A stretch of 248,000 nt of DNA, taken from Wallemia ichthyophaga EXF-994. Its lineage: Eukaryota > Fungi > Basidiomycota. The notes beneath the pieces were generated by a model. That model saw only the letters and a list, made by a program, of their open reading frames with translations. It made no database searches and was not told the origin of the DNA. Shown here one piece after another: positions 139,683 through 149,879 of this stretch. The number at the start of each line of letters is the position of its first letter. The stretch's first letter is position 1. The position numbers and the translations under genes were made by a program. Location: the NCBI RefSeq assembly GCF_000400465.1, contig NW_008806284.1, forward strand, positions 20,001-268,000, written 5' to 3'.

Positions 139683-140873
139683 ATGAGCCTCTTACCTCAT
139701 AACGCTTTCTACAACGCATCGAGGTATCGTAACAGCAATTCCATAAAGCTAGCTGGCTTGACTGGCGGTGATCTTGATATCCGTGGTGATAGTGATGGCG
139801 ACACACACACACAAACAACCGCACCAACTCACCCTGCCATCTCCACTACCACCGCGACCCGTTCCCTTTCTTCTGTTTCTTCTACTCCCCCTCCAGACTT
139901 CTCTAGCTCCCCTCGAACCATCCCCATCCGCAGAAACAACCGTCTTCTGCGCAACTACCAGCTATCCCCCGCCAATCTACGTTTCTGTTGCTCTGGCCAT
140001 ATTGTTACCAGCAAAGACAACCCAATTCCCTTCATCTGTTCCATTTTCCTCGTTTTGGCCATCCCCGCTGTCTTCTTTGGTCGGATAGGCGTTGACTTAT
140101 GGTACACGCTCTCCCCCGCCGTACCTATCATAGCTGCGTATTTAACCCTTTTAGTCTGGTGCTCCATGTTCAAAACTGCCTTTGCAGATCCAGGTGTTCT
140201 ACCCGTCGACATTGACAAGAACGCTGTCGACACATTCCCCCGCGATGTTTCTCTGCGCCATACGCATTTCCTCTCACTCAAATACTGCGAAACGTGCCAC
140301 ATATATCGCCCTCCACGCGCGAGTCACTGTCGTCTCTGCAACAGCTGCGTCGACGGTATAGACCACCACTGCTCCTTCCTCAACATATGCATAGGACGAC
140401 GCAACTACCCGTCTTTCCTAACTTTCTGCGGTCTGACAGTGGTGACACTCGCTTACTACACCGCCTTCGCTGCGGTGCACCTCTACCAACTTACGCAGGA
140501 CACGCGCGTGTCGACCTCGCAGTCCTTCGGTGGGGCATTGCGTCAGGATCCCGCTAGTGCCGTCGTGTTCGTAGTTGCAATACTCTTTCTCATTCCCCTC
140601 GCTTTCCTTCTCGCTTACCACGCACGTCTCACTCTCATCAATAGCACCACTATCGAACAGCTTCGAGAGAAGGCTGTCGATAGGGCTAGGAAGGATGGTG
140701 AGCTAGGAGGTGGAGGTGAGAACCCATTTGTTGGTGACGATTCTAACCCTTTTTCCCTTGGCCCTGTCGCTAATGTCCAGTGGATGGCTTTTCGCCCTGG
140801 CTCCAATTATTCCCATGCACGCTTCTCGGCGGTTGCTCAACGCGATGCTAGAAGGGGTGGTGGAGGTGTTTAA
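139683..140873 (+). CDS. ERF2: DHHC palmitoyltransferase Erf2-like
   Basis: KYCETCHIYRPPRASHCRLCNSCVDGIDHHC. Confidence 0.88.
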   Translation: MSLLPHNAFYNASRYRNSNSIKLAGLTGGDLDIRGDSDGDTHTQTTAPTHPAISTTTATRSLSSVSSTPPPDFSSSPRTIPIRRNNRLLRNYQLSPANLRFCCSGHIVTSKDNPIPFICSIFLVLAIPAVFFGRIGVDLWYTLSPAVPIIAAYLTLLVWCSMFKTAFADPGVLPVDIDKNAVDTFPRDVSLRHTHFLSLKYCETCHIYRPPRASHCRLCNSCVDGIDHHCSFLNICIGRRNYPSFLTFCGLTVVTLAYYTAFAAVHLYQLTQDTRVSTSQSFGGALRQDPASAVVFVVAILFLIPLAFLLAYHARLTLINSTTIEQLREKAVDRARKDGELGGGGENPFVGDDSNPFSLGPVANVQWMAFRPGSNYSHARFSAVAQRDARRGGGGV

Positions 140874-141123
140874 GTGTGGCTCTAGCTGCTCTGGTTACTT
140901 TCATTACCCTGATTACACTCATTACCCTCATTACCCTCACCAACCCACTCATTACCATAGAATTGTACTATCTATATCTGCGATACCTACCATTCCTACA
141001 CTAATACAACATTTAATGCGCAATAACCCAAAATTAAAATTTGCTACATCGCGTCATAGGAGATTGACGCGTCGCGTCGCGCGTTGACCAACACAACGAA
141101 AGAAGCGAGAGAAAGGGGGAAGA

Positions 141124-142002
141124 ATGAGCGAGAAGGCAGTAAACGCGAACAGCAACAATAGCGCCATCAACTACGCAAATTATGCATCAGAATTCCTCAC
141201 GTGCCATCTAGGCTACACGCCGCTGGCGCTAGTGGACGACTATGTGAACCACTTCAATGAGCCGGTGGGGGGGATAATGGATGCGATAGAAGATTTCTTC
141301 GTTGCGCTGCTAGCTGAGCAGGGGCTGGACCTCGATGGGGATGGGCGCGTACAGGGCGAGGTGCGCGCGGGCATACACCGTCTTCAAACCCTCCTCGAGC
141401 ATCTAATCGATAAGAACGTAGACAAACTCGAGATATACCTCCTCCGCAACATCCTCACTCTCCCCTCTGAGCTCGCGTGCGTTCCCACCGCGTTTCTCCC
141501 TCACTACCGGGAGCTGGATCTGGAGGCGGCGGGCCAAGGCGCAGACGACCACGATTCCGACACAAACGCGCTGGAAATAAGCCTGGATGGCAAACGGGGC
141601 GAATTGGCTAGGCTGGAGAAGATTAACCGGCGTTTACGCGCAGTCGAGAGGGGGAAGAAGCGCACTGTGGATCGCTCGCTTGCTCAATCTACCCACCGTA
141701 AAGCCCTCCTCGCCCAACTAGCAAGCGTCGCCGACAGACACGTCACCCTCGCTGCTAATGTCCGCTCCATGCATAGCTCCCACCTCCTCCTCAAGGATGC
141801 TGAGCCATTTGGTGTCGTTTTGGGTGGTGCGCAGGATCCACAGGATTCACAGCACTCCTCCCATCCCTGGCAATCCGGTCGCATCGGCTACCTTAATTGG
141901 CAGACTAGCCGGCTCGTGAGCGACGAAGGCGTCGGGTTCGTCAAGGGCCAGCTCGAGCACGTCGCTGCAGTTGGCGATTTACAGCGGTTGCTCGGTGTTT
142001 GA
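141124..142002 (+). CDS. Kinetochore protein Mis12/Mtw1
   Basis: LTCHLGYTPLALVDD, G.H.LQTLLE..IDKN.DKLEIYLLRNIL. Confidence 0.85.
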   Translation: MSEKAVNANSNNSAINYANYASEFLTCHLGYTPLALVDDYVNHFNEPVGGIMDAIEDFFVALLAEQGLDLDGDGRVQGEVRAGIHRLQTLLEHLIDKNVDKLEIYLLRNILTLPSELACVPTAFLPHYRELDLEAAGQGADDHDSDTNALEISLDGKRGELARLEKINRRLRAVERGKKRTVDRSLAQSTHRKALLAQLASVADRHVTLAANVRSMHSSHLLLKDAEPFGVVLGGAQDPQDSQHSSHPWQSGRIGYLNWQTSRLVSDEGVGFVKGQLEHVAAVGDLQRLLGV

Positions 142003-142135
142003 GAGGGATGTACTATGTCGTATTCGCTAGACTGCTAGATTGTAACATGATTGCTTGAGATTGTTGTATGTATTTATAACTTTATTTGATTACATTTGAT
142101 TCTGTTCATCTGTAGCCCGAGTTTTATCTATCGTA

Positions 142136-143626
142136 ATGACGCCGACGCCGACGCCGACTCGAAAACGGAAAGCACCGCCCGGTCCACTCTACGTGGTGCG
142201 CTCACACGAGCACAGCGTCACGCAGGTATCGCTCGCGCCCACAGCGCACCACCTCGTCAGCGGGGATGACGGGGGAGGTGTGTGCATCACGTCTCTGCGC
142301 ACCATGCGCTGCGTGCGGCAATGGGCGGCTCACAGCGACAGTGTCCTCACTTTGCAGTGGCTAGATAACTACACGCTTCTCTCACACGGCCGAGATAATC
142401 TGGTTAAGGTTTGGAGCGTGTCTGGGGCGTGCGGTGACAGCGACGACAACAACGACAACAACGACAGCGACGACACATACACTCCACCTCCCCTAACGCA
142501 CGAGTTTCACGTCAATGCACTCAATTTTTGTAATGTCAGTGCGTGCACGGTGCAGACACAGACACATGCACAGACACAGGCACAAACGCTCTGGGTAGCA
142601 GCTCCACATCTGGCAGATTCAGCGAGGGTGAGTGCCAAGTGCCAAGTGCTAAATGGGCACAGCGAGCACTCTGACGGAGACGCGCACACGCAAGCACATA
142701 CTCACACACGCTCACACACGCACAGATTGATGTCTGGGAGTTACCATCGACGAAACGCGTACACCGCTCCATTGGTGTGGGTGAAATTAGCCACTTTCAC
142801 TATCCAGACGGTCGCGGCGAAGCTAAGACAGGTGGGTGAAGTGTTGGAGTGGTTGAGCGGCTTTGCGAGGCGCATCTCACCCTTTCCTCGCATTTTATAT
142901 CTCACCCTCTCTCCACAGGTCTCTGCATGGCGCTGGAGATGTATGAATATAGTCAGTGTCGGCAGCACGAGCAAGAGCAGGAGCACACACCCTCTCTCAG
143001 ACTGCTGGCGGCTTACGAAGACGGCAGCTTGGTGCTTTTTGAACTGGGTCACTCTCGCTGGATCCAGCTCTGGCGCGTGCGTTTGCACAACGAGGCTAGT
143101 AAGTGGGGCTGTTATCAGCCGAGCTGAGCTGAGCGTCTTGGCGCCGTTGCTGACTTCTCGCTCAGTCATGGACTTGTGCGTCACAAGCGATAAGCGTTAC
143201 GCGTATACTGTCAGTGTCGATAGGTGTGTTGCCAAGTATGATTTGAGGGATGGGCGAGATGTGCAAGACGTGCAAAGGGTGCCAAAGGTGCAGCATAAAC
143301 AAAGCACTTCAGAGATACCCCTCGCAACCCCTCTCACACACTCCTACACCACCAAATCGAATGGCCATTCGAGCATTAGCGTGCGCATGGATGGGAGGGT
143401 GCTCGCTGTTGGCTGCTGGAACGGTAGTGTCGAGCTGTATTCAACCAAAAGCATGAAACTCGTTGGTGTACTGGATATGCATCGCCAGTCTGTGTCAGCG
143501 TTGACCTTTTCGACTGTCAACTCACGTGATATACTTGATGACGGCATTATTGAGGCTCCTCTAAACGCACTTCTAGTCACTGGTGGTCGTGATGAGCGGG
143601 TAGCTATCTACGAGATTGACTTGTGA
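142136..143626 (+). CDS. ASA1: ASTRA-associated WD40 protein Asa1/GNB1L
   Basis: LLSHGRDN, VNALNFC, AYEDGS, RMDGR.LA..GW.G. Confidence 0.75.
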   Translation: MTPTPTPTRKRKAPPGPLYVVRSHEHSVTQVSLAPTAHHLVSGDDGGGVCITSLRTMRCVRQWAAHSDSVLTLQWLDNYTLLSHGRDNLVKVWSVSGACGDSDDNNDNNDSDDTYTPPPLTHEFHVNALNFCNVSACTVQTQTHAQTQAQTLWVAAPHLADSARVSAKCQVLNGHSEHSDGDAHTQAHTHTRSHTHRLMSGSYHRRNAYTAPLVWVKLATFTIQTVAAKLRQVGEVLEWLSGFARRISPFPRILYLTLSPQVSAWRWRCMNIVSVGSTSKSRSTHPLSDCWRLTKTAAWCFLNWVTLAGSSSGACVCTTRLVSGAVISRAELSVLAPLLTSRSVMDLCVTSDKRYAYTVSVDRCVAKYDLRDGRDVQDVQRVPKVQHKQSTSEIPLATPLTHSYTTKSNGHSSISVRMDGRVLAVGCWNGSVELYSTKSMKLVGVLDMHRQSVSALTFSTVNSRDILDDGIIEAPLNALLVTGGRDERVAIYEIDL

Positions 143627-143799
143627 ACGCTGAAAGATGTAAAATATGTATGTGAATATGTACAGGTATCCATGTGTCCATGAGTGAATGTGTCCATGAG
143701 TGAATGTGTGTGTGTGTGTGTGCGTGTGTTGTGGTTGTTGACCGTCGTCTATTGGGAGTCCTGGAAAAGTGAGACAAAGATATAAAAACCACGTCAAAT

Positions 143800-144328
143800 T
143801 AATGTATCTCGTCATGCGAGTTCTGGCTGCTTCTTAGCAGATTGGATTGAGAGTGGTTGTTGTTGTTGCCGAATAGCGGTGCCACAAATTCATCGAGGAG
143901 GAGAGTGGAGTTGGGTCTAGTAGGTGAGTAGAGTGTTTCTGGTCTCGGGAGGTAGTTGTTGTCCGTTTTGATACGCGGGAGTGGCCTCGGTAGTCGTTGC
144001 TCGAGGTCAATAGCGCTGTCTTTGCTGTGCTCACTCCCGTCGCTGCCCTTCTCCACCACCTCTTCCACATTCTCGCGCCTGGTATTTGGTTTCCTCTTGT
144101 TGAAGCCGCGATAGAAGTTGTCTGGATCTGATGCATGTTAGCATAGCGGCCAACATAATTCGCCTGATACTCACAATACGACTGACTGTCCTTATGGTGC
144201 TTCGGCGTGCGCTTGACATATTGCTGCACGCCCCACATTACCAACATCAGAAAGAGGAGGATACCTACGATAATAGCAACAATTATCGCGGGGAAGTACT
144301 TGTTGTCTGGATTTGTCACGTCGCCCAT
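143800..144328 (-). CDS. Small single-pass membrane protein
   Basis: N-terminal TM (IIVAIIVGILLFLMLVMW); C-terminal frame not resolved. Confidence 0.45.
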
Positions 144329-144666
144329 TTAATTTATCAATGCAACTTGGACGCACGCTCTTGAGGACGTGAATATCGGACGCGGTAATTGGTAATTTTT
144401 TTGACAAAAAGCGTATTTCAGCGGCTGTAGAGTGGTTTAGGGTGTTATTGACAGTTTATTTGTACTATACGCGTGCTTTCCATTCGGGGCTTTTTGGAAA
144501 TTTGTTTGGCTAAAAATGGAAGGCGGTGATCTACACGCGGATATAAACGCTAATCTATGCGCTGACCACTTCCACTCAATACTTTTCCATCTTTGAGGAC
144601 ATGAGGACGCCGCCTTAACTTTGTAACTGAATTGGATCGGTGTCAGTGCGTAATTGTGTGAGTGCA

Positions 144667-145507
144667 TGAATATGGACTATTATACCACGTGCAACACTCT
144701 TCTCAAGGTATTCTGGGTTCTCGGGCCATTTGCTTTATTCTACGATGCCCCATTTGGAAGATTTGGGGATGGTGCTAGCAGGTTTAGCCTGAATGGTGGG
144801 TATGGGTGTGGTTTACTCTCCTCTAACCAGCCACAGGCAGAATTACATGGTTTATAATGGAGTTGCTGTCGCCGCTGTCTTTCGTAGCAGCTGTGGGCAC
144901 TAGTGTTAGTACTCCACTCAACACCCTTCAAACCACAGCCACAGCCCTCTTCCTCGCACATTACCTCAATAGAGCTGTAATCTACCCACTTCTGAGCCCC
145001 TCTTCATCCCCATCCCACTTGCTGGTACTTGTATCTGCAGCCACATTCAACATAGCCAATGGCAGCCTGCAGGGGAAATATATAGCCGAACTAGATGTTT
145101 TTGATGGATTCGGCCGCATTGGTGTATTTGGAATACTCCTTACGCTGCTTGGATTCGCTGGAAACGTCTACCACGATTCAATACTCTTCAAGATAAAGAG
145201 GGAGTGTAACGGCGGCTATGAAATTCCCCAGCGTGGCCTATTCAAACATATCAGCTATCCAAATTACTTTTGGTGGGTGCTGTGTGTTTACCAGGTTACG
145301 TCACTAACCAACACAACCAGCGAATGGATCGAATGGTCGGGATACGCACTATTCACCCACTCTACAAGCACAAAAGATCCTCCAATCATGTTCATAATCG
145401 CTCTCCTCGCTACAATGGCCCCACGCGCATACAAAGGTCATCAGTGGTACAAATCCAACTTCAAGTACCCAGAATCGCGCAAGATTGTAATCCCGTGGCT
145501 CTTTTAA
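144667..145507 (+). CDS. Steroid 5-alpha-reductase family protein
   Basis: HYLNRA, GNVYHDSILF.IK, YEIPQRGLF..ISYPNYF.EW.EW, HQWY. Confidence 0.88.
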
Positions 145508-145582
145508 GTGGCCACGTACAAATAAATTGATTTATCACCAAATGTCCTCTTGCACCTTTACGCCAATCATCCATCTCAACAA

Positions 145583-147182
145583 ATCCTAAGAAATGGCTGT
145601 GCCAGTTGAAAAAGAGGAGGCTGCTGCTAATACGCAGGCTCCCACTCAAACTACCCCGCCAAATCTCCTCAGCGCGCCTCCTTCCCGCTTCGAGAAGCCA
145701 GCCGGCGTAAATACGACAAAGTGGGCAAACGCAGCTCAGGCGCACACCCACAGCTAACAACTCCGCAGCTTTCCAGGACATGCCAATCCGCCACTTCCTA
145801 TCGAGGGCAACGGCTACTTCAGCAATGCGCAATTCATCGCTCTTATCATCGCTGTGCCATACTTGCTCAAGCGCTTGATTCCCTACTTTAACACTGGCTT
145901 CAAGACCTACGTATTCCTCTTCATCCTCACTGGTCCCTTCTCCGCTATCGCGTATTGGACTGTCATGTCCACCTACGGTCCACGCAAGAACGACAAGGTG
146001 GCCCTTCCTAACCGTCCAATTGAAGAATACCTCGATATCAAGGACCCTGAAATGAAGCAGCACTTCCACGGCCACAACAAGATCAATTACCAGCAATTTC
146101 ACGACGCTTACTTTGAAGGCAAAATCGATGTAAAGGGCGACATGCTCGACACCCTCGAATACCGCCACGACTGGGCAACCTTCAACTTCACCCCTAAACT
146201 CTTCAAGTATGTTGTTTTCAAGATGCTCCCTGACGTCATCTTCCACTCCCAATCACAAGACGAAGATCAGATCCAGGATGTGTACGACCGCGGTGATGAC
146301 TTCTACGAATGGTTCCTCGGCCCCCGTATGGTATACACTAGTGGCATGGTTCGCGACACCACCCGCGCTGAGACACTCGAAGAGCTCCAGGACAACAAGC
146401 TCAGTATGGTATGCGAGAAGCTAGACTTGCAGAAGGGTGATAGGATGCTTGATGTGGGATGTGGATGGGGCACTCTCGCAGCGTTCGCTGCTAAAAACTT
146501 TGATGCGGACGTCACTGGAATCACACTCTCCAAGAACCAGGCGGCCTTTGGTAACGAACGTATAGCAAAGAATGGCATTTCCTCTGAGCAGGCTAGGGTG
146601 CTCAATAAGGACTACCGTGATATCCCACGCAACACTTTCAATAAAATCAGCTGCCTCGAGATGGCTGAGCATGTCGGTATTCGTCGCTACGCCTCTTTCT
146701 TGAATGACATTTACAACCTCCTCGACGACGACGGCGTGATGGTTTTCCAGGTTGCTGGATTGCGTCCTCATTGGCAGTACGAGGATCTCGTCTGGGGGTT
146801 GTTTATGAACGAGTACATCTTCCCTGGTGCTGACGCATCTTGCTCGCTCGGCTGGGTCGTCAATCAGCTTGAAAACGCTGGTTTCGAGGTAAAATCGATC
146901 GATGTTCTCGGTGTGCACTACTCGGTCACTATATTGAGATGGTACAATAACTGGATCGCCAATAAGGACAAGGTGATAGAGAAGTACGGTGAGAAGTGGT
147001 TTAGAATCTGGACATTCTTCCTCGCTTCCTCAATTATCATTGCCAGGAACGGCGGGTCGTCGGTGTTCCAGATTACCGTACATAAGAACCTCAACGCTAC
147101 GCGTCGTGTCGATGGCATTGCTAGCCACCACGCTCCTATGAACCGGTTCAAACCATCTTATGCGTCTGTGGCTTCGGAGTAG
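145583..147182 (+). CDS. Sphingolipid C9-methyltransferase (CFA synthase family)
   Basis: YDRGDDFY.WFLGPRMVYTSG, LDVGCGWG, CLEMAEHVG; N-terminal TM pair. Confidence 0.9.
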
Positions 147183-147277
147183 ATAGTTTACGTGCTGCTA
147201 TCATGTATACGAATCTATATTACAAGATTATTCTATAGGTGTGCTATAGAAATCATGTCAAGGTGTTATTAGGTATT

Positions 147278-148621
147278 TCATTTATGCACCAATCCATCAC
147301 ACCATTTGAATATATCCTCCCATATCTCACTCCTCTGACTTTCATTCCAGTAGCCCAAGATGAGAAGATCGTGTACACCATCTGTGGCGACATTAGTAGT
147401 GAGATCTACTTTATTGCGTTCCATGCGCTCCACTAGGACCTTTATCTCATCTTCCAGCCGCTCGGCAGTACCGTAAGAGACAAAAGCGGGCGGGAACTTG
147501 TCGAAGAGGTCCTCCTCATCCTTGAGGTGCTGTGACGATGGACTGATGTACGGTGAGTGTACGGATATGTGCTGCGGCAGAATACTGTGCCTGAGGCTCT
147601 TCCTTCGCTTGTCGTCTCCTCGCTGCTTGAACAGAGATTTGTTGATGAATGTATGAGATTGTTGTTGTGTGCAAGTGGGGCAGCCTTGCCCGTTTCCGGC
147701 CGTACATCCGATGAAGGACTCAATTATGATAGCGCGCGGCATTGGCGTGTCCATGAGATAGTCAGCCCCTGCATTCGGACGCTTCCTCTTAGCAACTGGA
147801 TCGAATGGGTAGCTGAAAGAAGGATCACACCATGGCGATAGCAGTAGTAGGCCGGCTGGTGTATCATGCAATCTCTCATCGCGTATAAATCTCCCCAATG
147901 CCAACGCAAGATTTCCACCGGCGGAATCACCAATAATCACTATCCGCGAAGGAGGCACTTTGCGTTGGTTGATGAGATTGTCAAAAACACTGGCAACATC
148001 GAGCAGCGCACCGGGAAATGCACTGTGATGGATAAGTCGATATTCCACAGAGTGTATCTCGAGAAAAGACCCTGCCTCCATTAGCCGCTTCGGGATGATG
148101 GACGTTGAACAGTTCTCGTCGGCGGACATGTGCACATAAGCACCCCCGTGTATAGCAATACCCACTAGAGGGAGAGTGGCAGATTCCATCTCAGCGCCAT
148201 TGCGATCCCGATCGCGCTCATCCTCACGGTCGTCATATGTCTTATCGTGGCGATGACGCGGCCAAATGTATGTACCCACTTTGGAATGGGTATCCTGGCC
148301 ATCTACATCGAGCACTCCTATCTGCTTCTCGATGGGCAATGTTGGTACGAATTTGAAGTAGGTGTGTTTGCCATGCCTGCCAAATGAGAAAGGGTCCTTC
148401 ACATGGAAAGAGAGGTTTGAAAGCTCAGTCATTCTGTGCATCCTCTGTAGAAACTTGACAGATATGGCTTGCATAATACTCCATGTAGGGCGTGGTCGGT
148501 TACGCTTGGACAGGAAGGTGACAGCATGGATAGGCACCATCAGCAGCGCGACAGAGACCATGTAAGCGCAGTAGAATACGCGCATTACGCTCCCCGAGTA
148601 CTTCAAATGGGGGTGGCGCAT
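147278..148621 (-). CDS. HSL-family alpha/beta hydrolase (Say1/ErdH-like)
   Basis: IHGGAY, GDSAGGNL, LLLLSPWCD, GVHD. Confidence 0.85.
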   Translation of the reverse strand: MRHPHLKYSGSVMRVFYCAYMVSVALLMVPIHAVTFLSKRNRPRPTWSIMQAISVKFLQRMHRMTELSNLSFHVKDPFSFGRHGKHTYFKFVPTLPIEKQIGVLDVDGQDTHSKVGTYIWPRHRHDKTYDDREDERDRDRNGAEMESATLPLVGIAIHGGAYVHMSADENCSTSIIPKRLMEAGSFLEIHSVEYRLIHHSAFPGALLDVASVFDNLINQRKVPPSRIVIIGDSAGGNLALALGRFIRDERLHDTPAGLLLLSPWCDPSFSYPFDPVAKRKRPNAGADYLMDTPMPRAIIIESFIGCTAGNGQGCPTCTQQQSHTFINKSLFKQRGDDKRRKSLRHSILPQHISVHSPYISPSSQHLKDEEDLFDKFPPAFVSYGTAERLEDEIKVLVERMERNKVDLTTNVATDGVHDLLILGYWNESQRSEIWEDIFKWCDGLVHK

Positions 148622-148700
148622 TGTTATGACAAACGATGATGATGATTGGGGTGAAAAATGGCGCTCCAAGATTCTGAGTCATTCTTACAAACTCGCACCC

Positions 148701-149678
148701 ATGAGCTCAAACTCAACAAACAATATCAGTAAAGACAAGGTTGCTGAGCTCATATCAGCAAATGAGAAGTACTCCCCAGCTACGTCCTGGCTCGAAGACC
148801 GTTACAGCATCTTCAACAAAGGCGACAACATACAAGGATACATTCAGCAGGAAGGCTTCCAGTTCTACTGGGGGGATCCTATCATTACACAGGGCACTAC
148901 TGGCGATTTCGTAAAGCAGATAATCAACTTGGCTAAGGAGAACAACTGTACGCCTGTATTCTGCGAGGTGTCGGAGGACCTCGAGGAGTTGTTGGCTGGT
149001 GATGATTTTGGATACTCGTGCTTGTCGTGCACACACGAAGACGTCATTGACCCAACTCAAGTAAATCTTGACGTAAAGGATGTTCAGCAGAATGTCCGTC
149101 GGTCGCAACGAGCCGGCGTGACCGTATACGAGCTGAGTGGTGAGCCAACAGAAGAGCAGCACAGGGCCATAGATCAGGGCGTCGACAAGTGGAAAGAGGG
149201 CAGGAAGGGTGAGCAGATCGCCACTGCTTCGATGGATCCTTTCCTCGATTCCACCCATAGACGCTTCCTCGTTGCCCAAGTGGAAGGTAAAATAGTCGGT
149301 ATTCTTATCCTCACCCTCCTTAAAAACCACGGATACCAGATCAAAAATTGCACTTCCTTCCCAGACGCCCCGAAAGGCACATCAGAGAGACTGATTGTGG
149401 AATGCTTGGAGCTGCTTAAGAAGGAAGACAACCACTTTGTCAGTTTTGGGATTAGTGCTAGCGATCACATGTCGCCAGTGAACAACCTCAAGGGCATGCG
149501 CGTAACGTGGCTCAGCGGCACTTACAAGTCAATTCTCAAATCTACAGGAATATTTAAAAGAGCTGACTTTCGTAGCAAGTTCAACGTCAAGCATGATCCA
149601 TTGTATATTTGCTACCCTCAGCATGAATTCGGACTGGATGGTGTACATTCTATCATGAAAGCACTTAAAACCAAGTAA
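148701..149678 (+). CDS. Free-standing DUF2156 (LPG_synthase_C) aminoacyl-tRNA transferase, ErdS type
   Basis: TSWLEDRY, WGDP, CLSC..E..ID, W...R...Q, P..D..HRR, FP.AP.GTSE, FG, FR.KF...DPLYICYP; intronless, no aaRS domain. Confidence 0.8.
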   Translation: MSSNSTNNISKDKVAELISANEKYSPATSWLEDRYSIFNKGDNIQGYIQQEGFQFYWGDPIITQGTTGDFVKQIINLAKENNCTPVFCEVSEDLEELLAGDDFGYSCLSCTHEDVIDPTQVNLDVKDVQQNVRRSQRAGVTVYELSGEPTEEQHRAIDQGVDKWKEGRKGEQIATASMDPFLDSTHRRFLVAQVEGKIVGILILTLLKNHGYQIKNCTSFPDAPKGTSERLIVECLELLKKEDNHFVSFGISASDHMSPVNNLKGMRVTWLSGTYKSILKSTGIFKRADFRSKFNVKHDPLYICYPQHEFGLDGVHSIMKALKTK

Positions 149679-149879
149679 TTTAACGACCTGTATATGTTTT
149701 ATAGATCTTTCTCATTTCTACCTTGTTCGATGAAAATTTTCTGTAACAATAACTGCGAGACAACCCACAGCAAAATTCTTTATTACTTTTAAACTTCTCT
149801 TTAGCTTCACGCGGATACAACCAATTGCCACCGACATTTGTCGAAGAATCCCGCTGAAATATCCTTAACAAGTCGCTTC

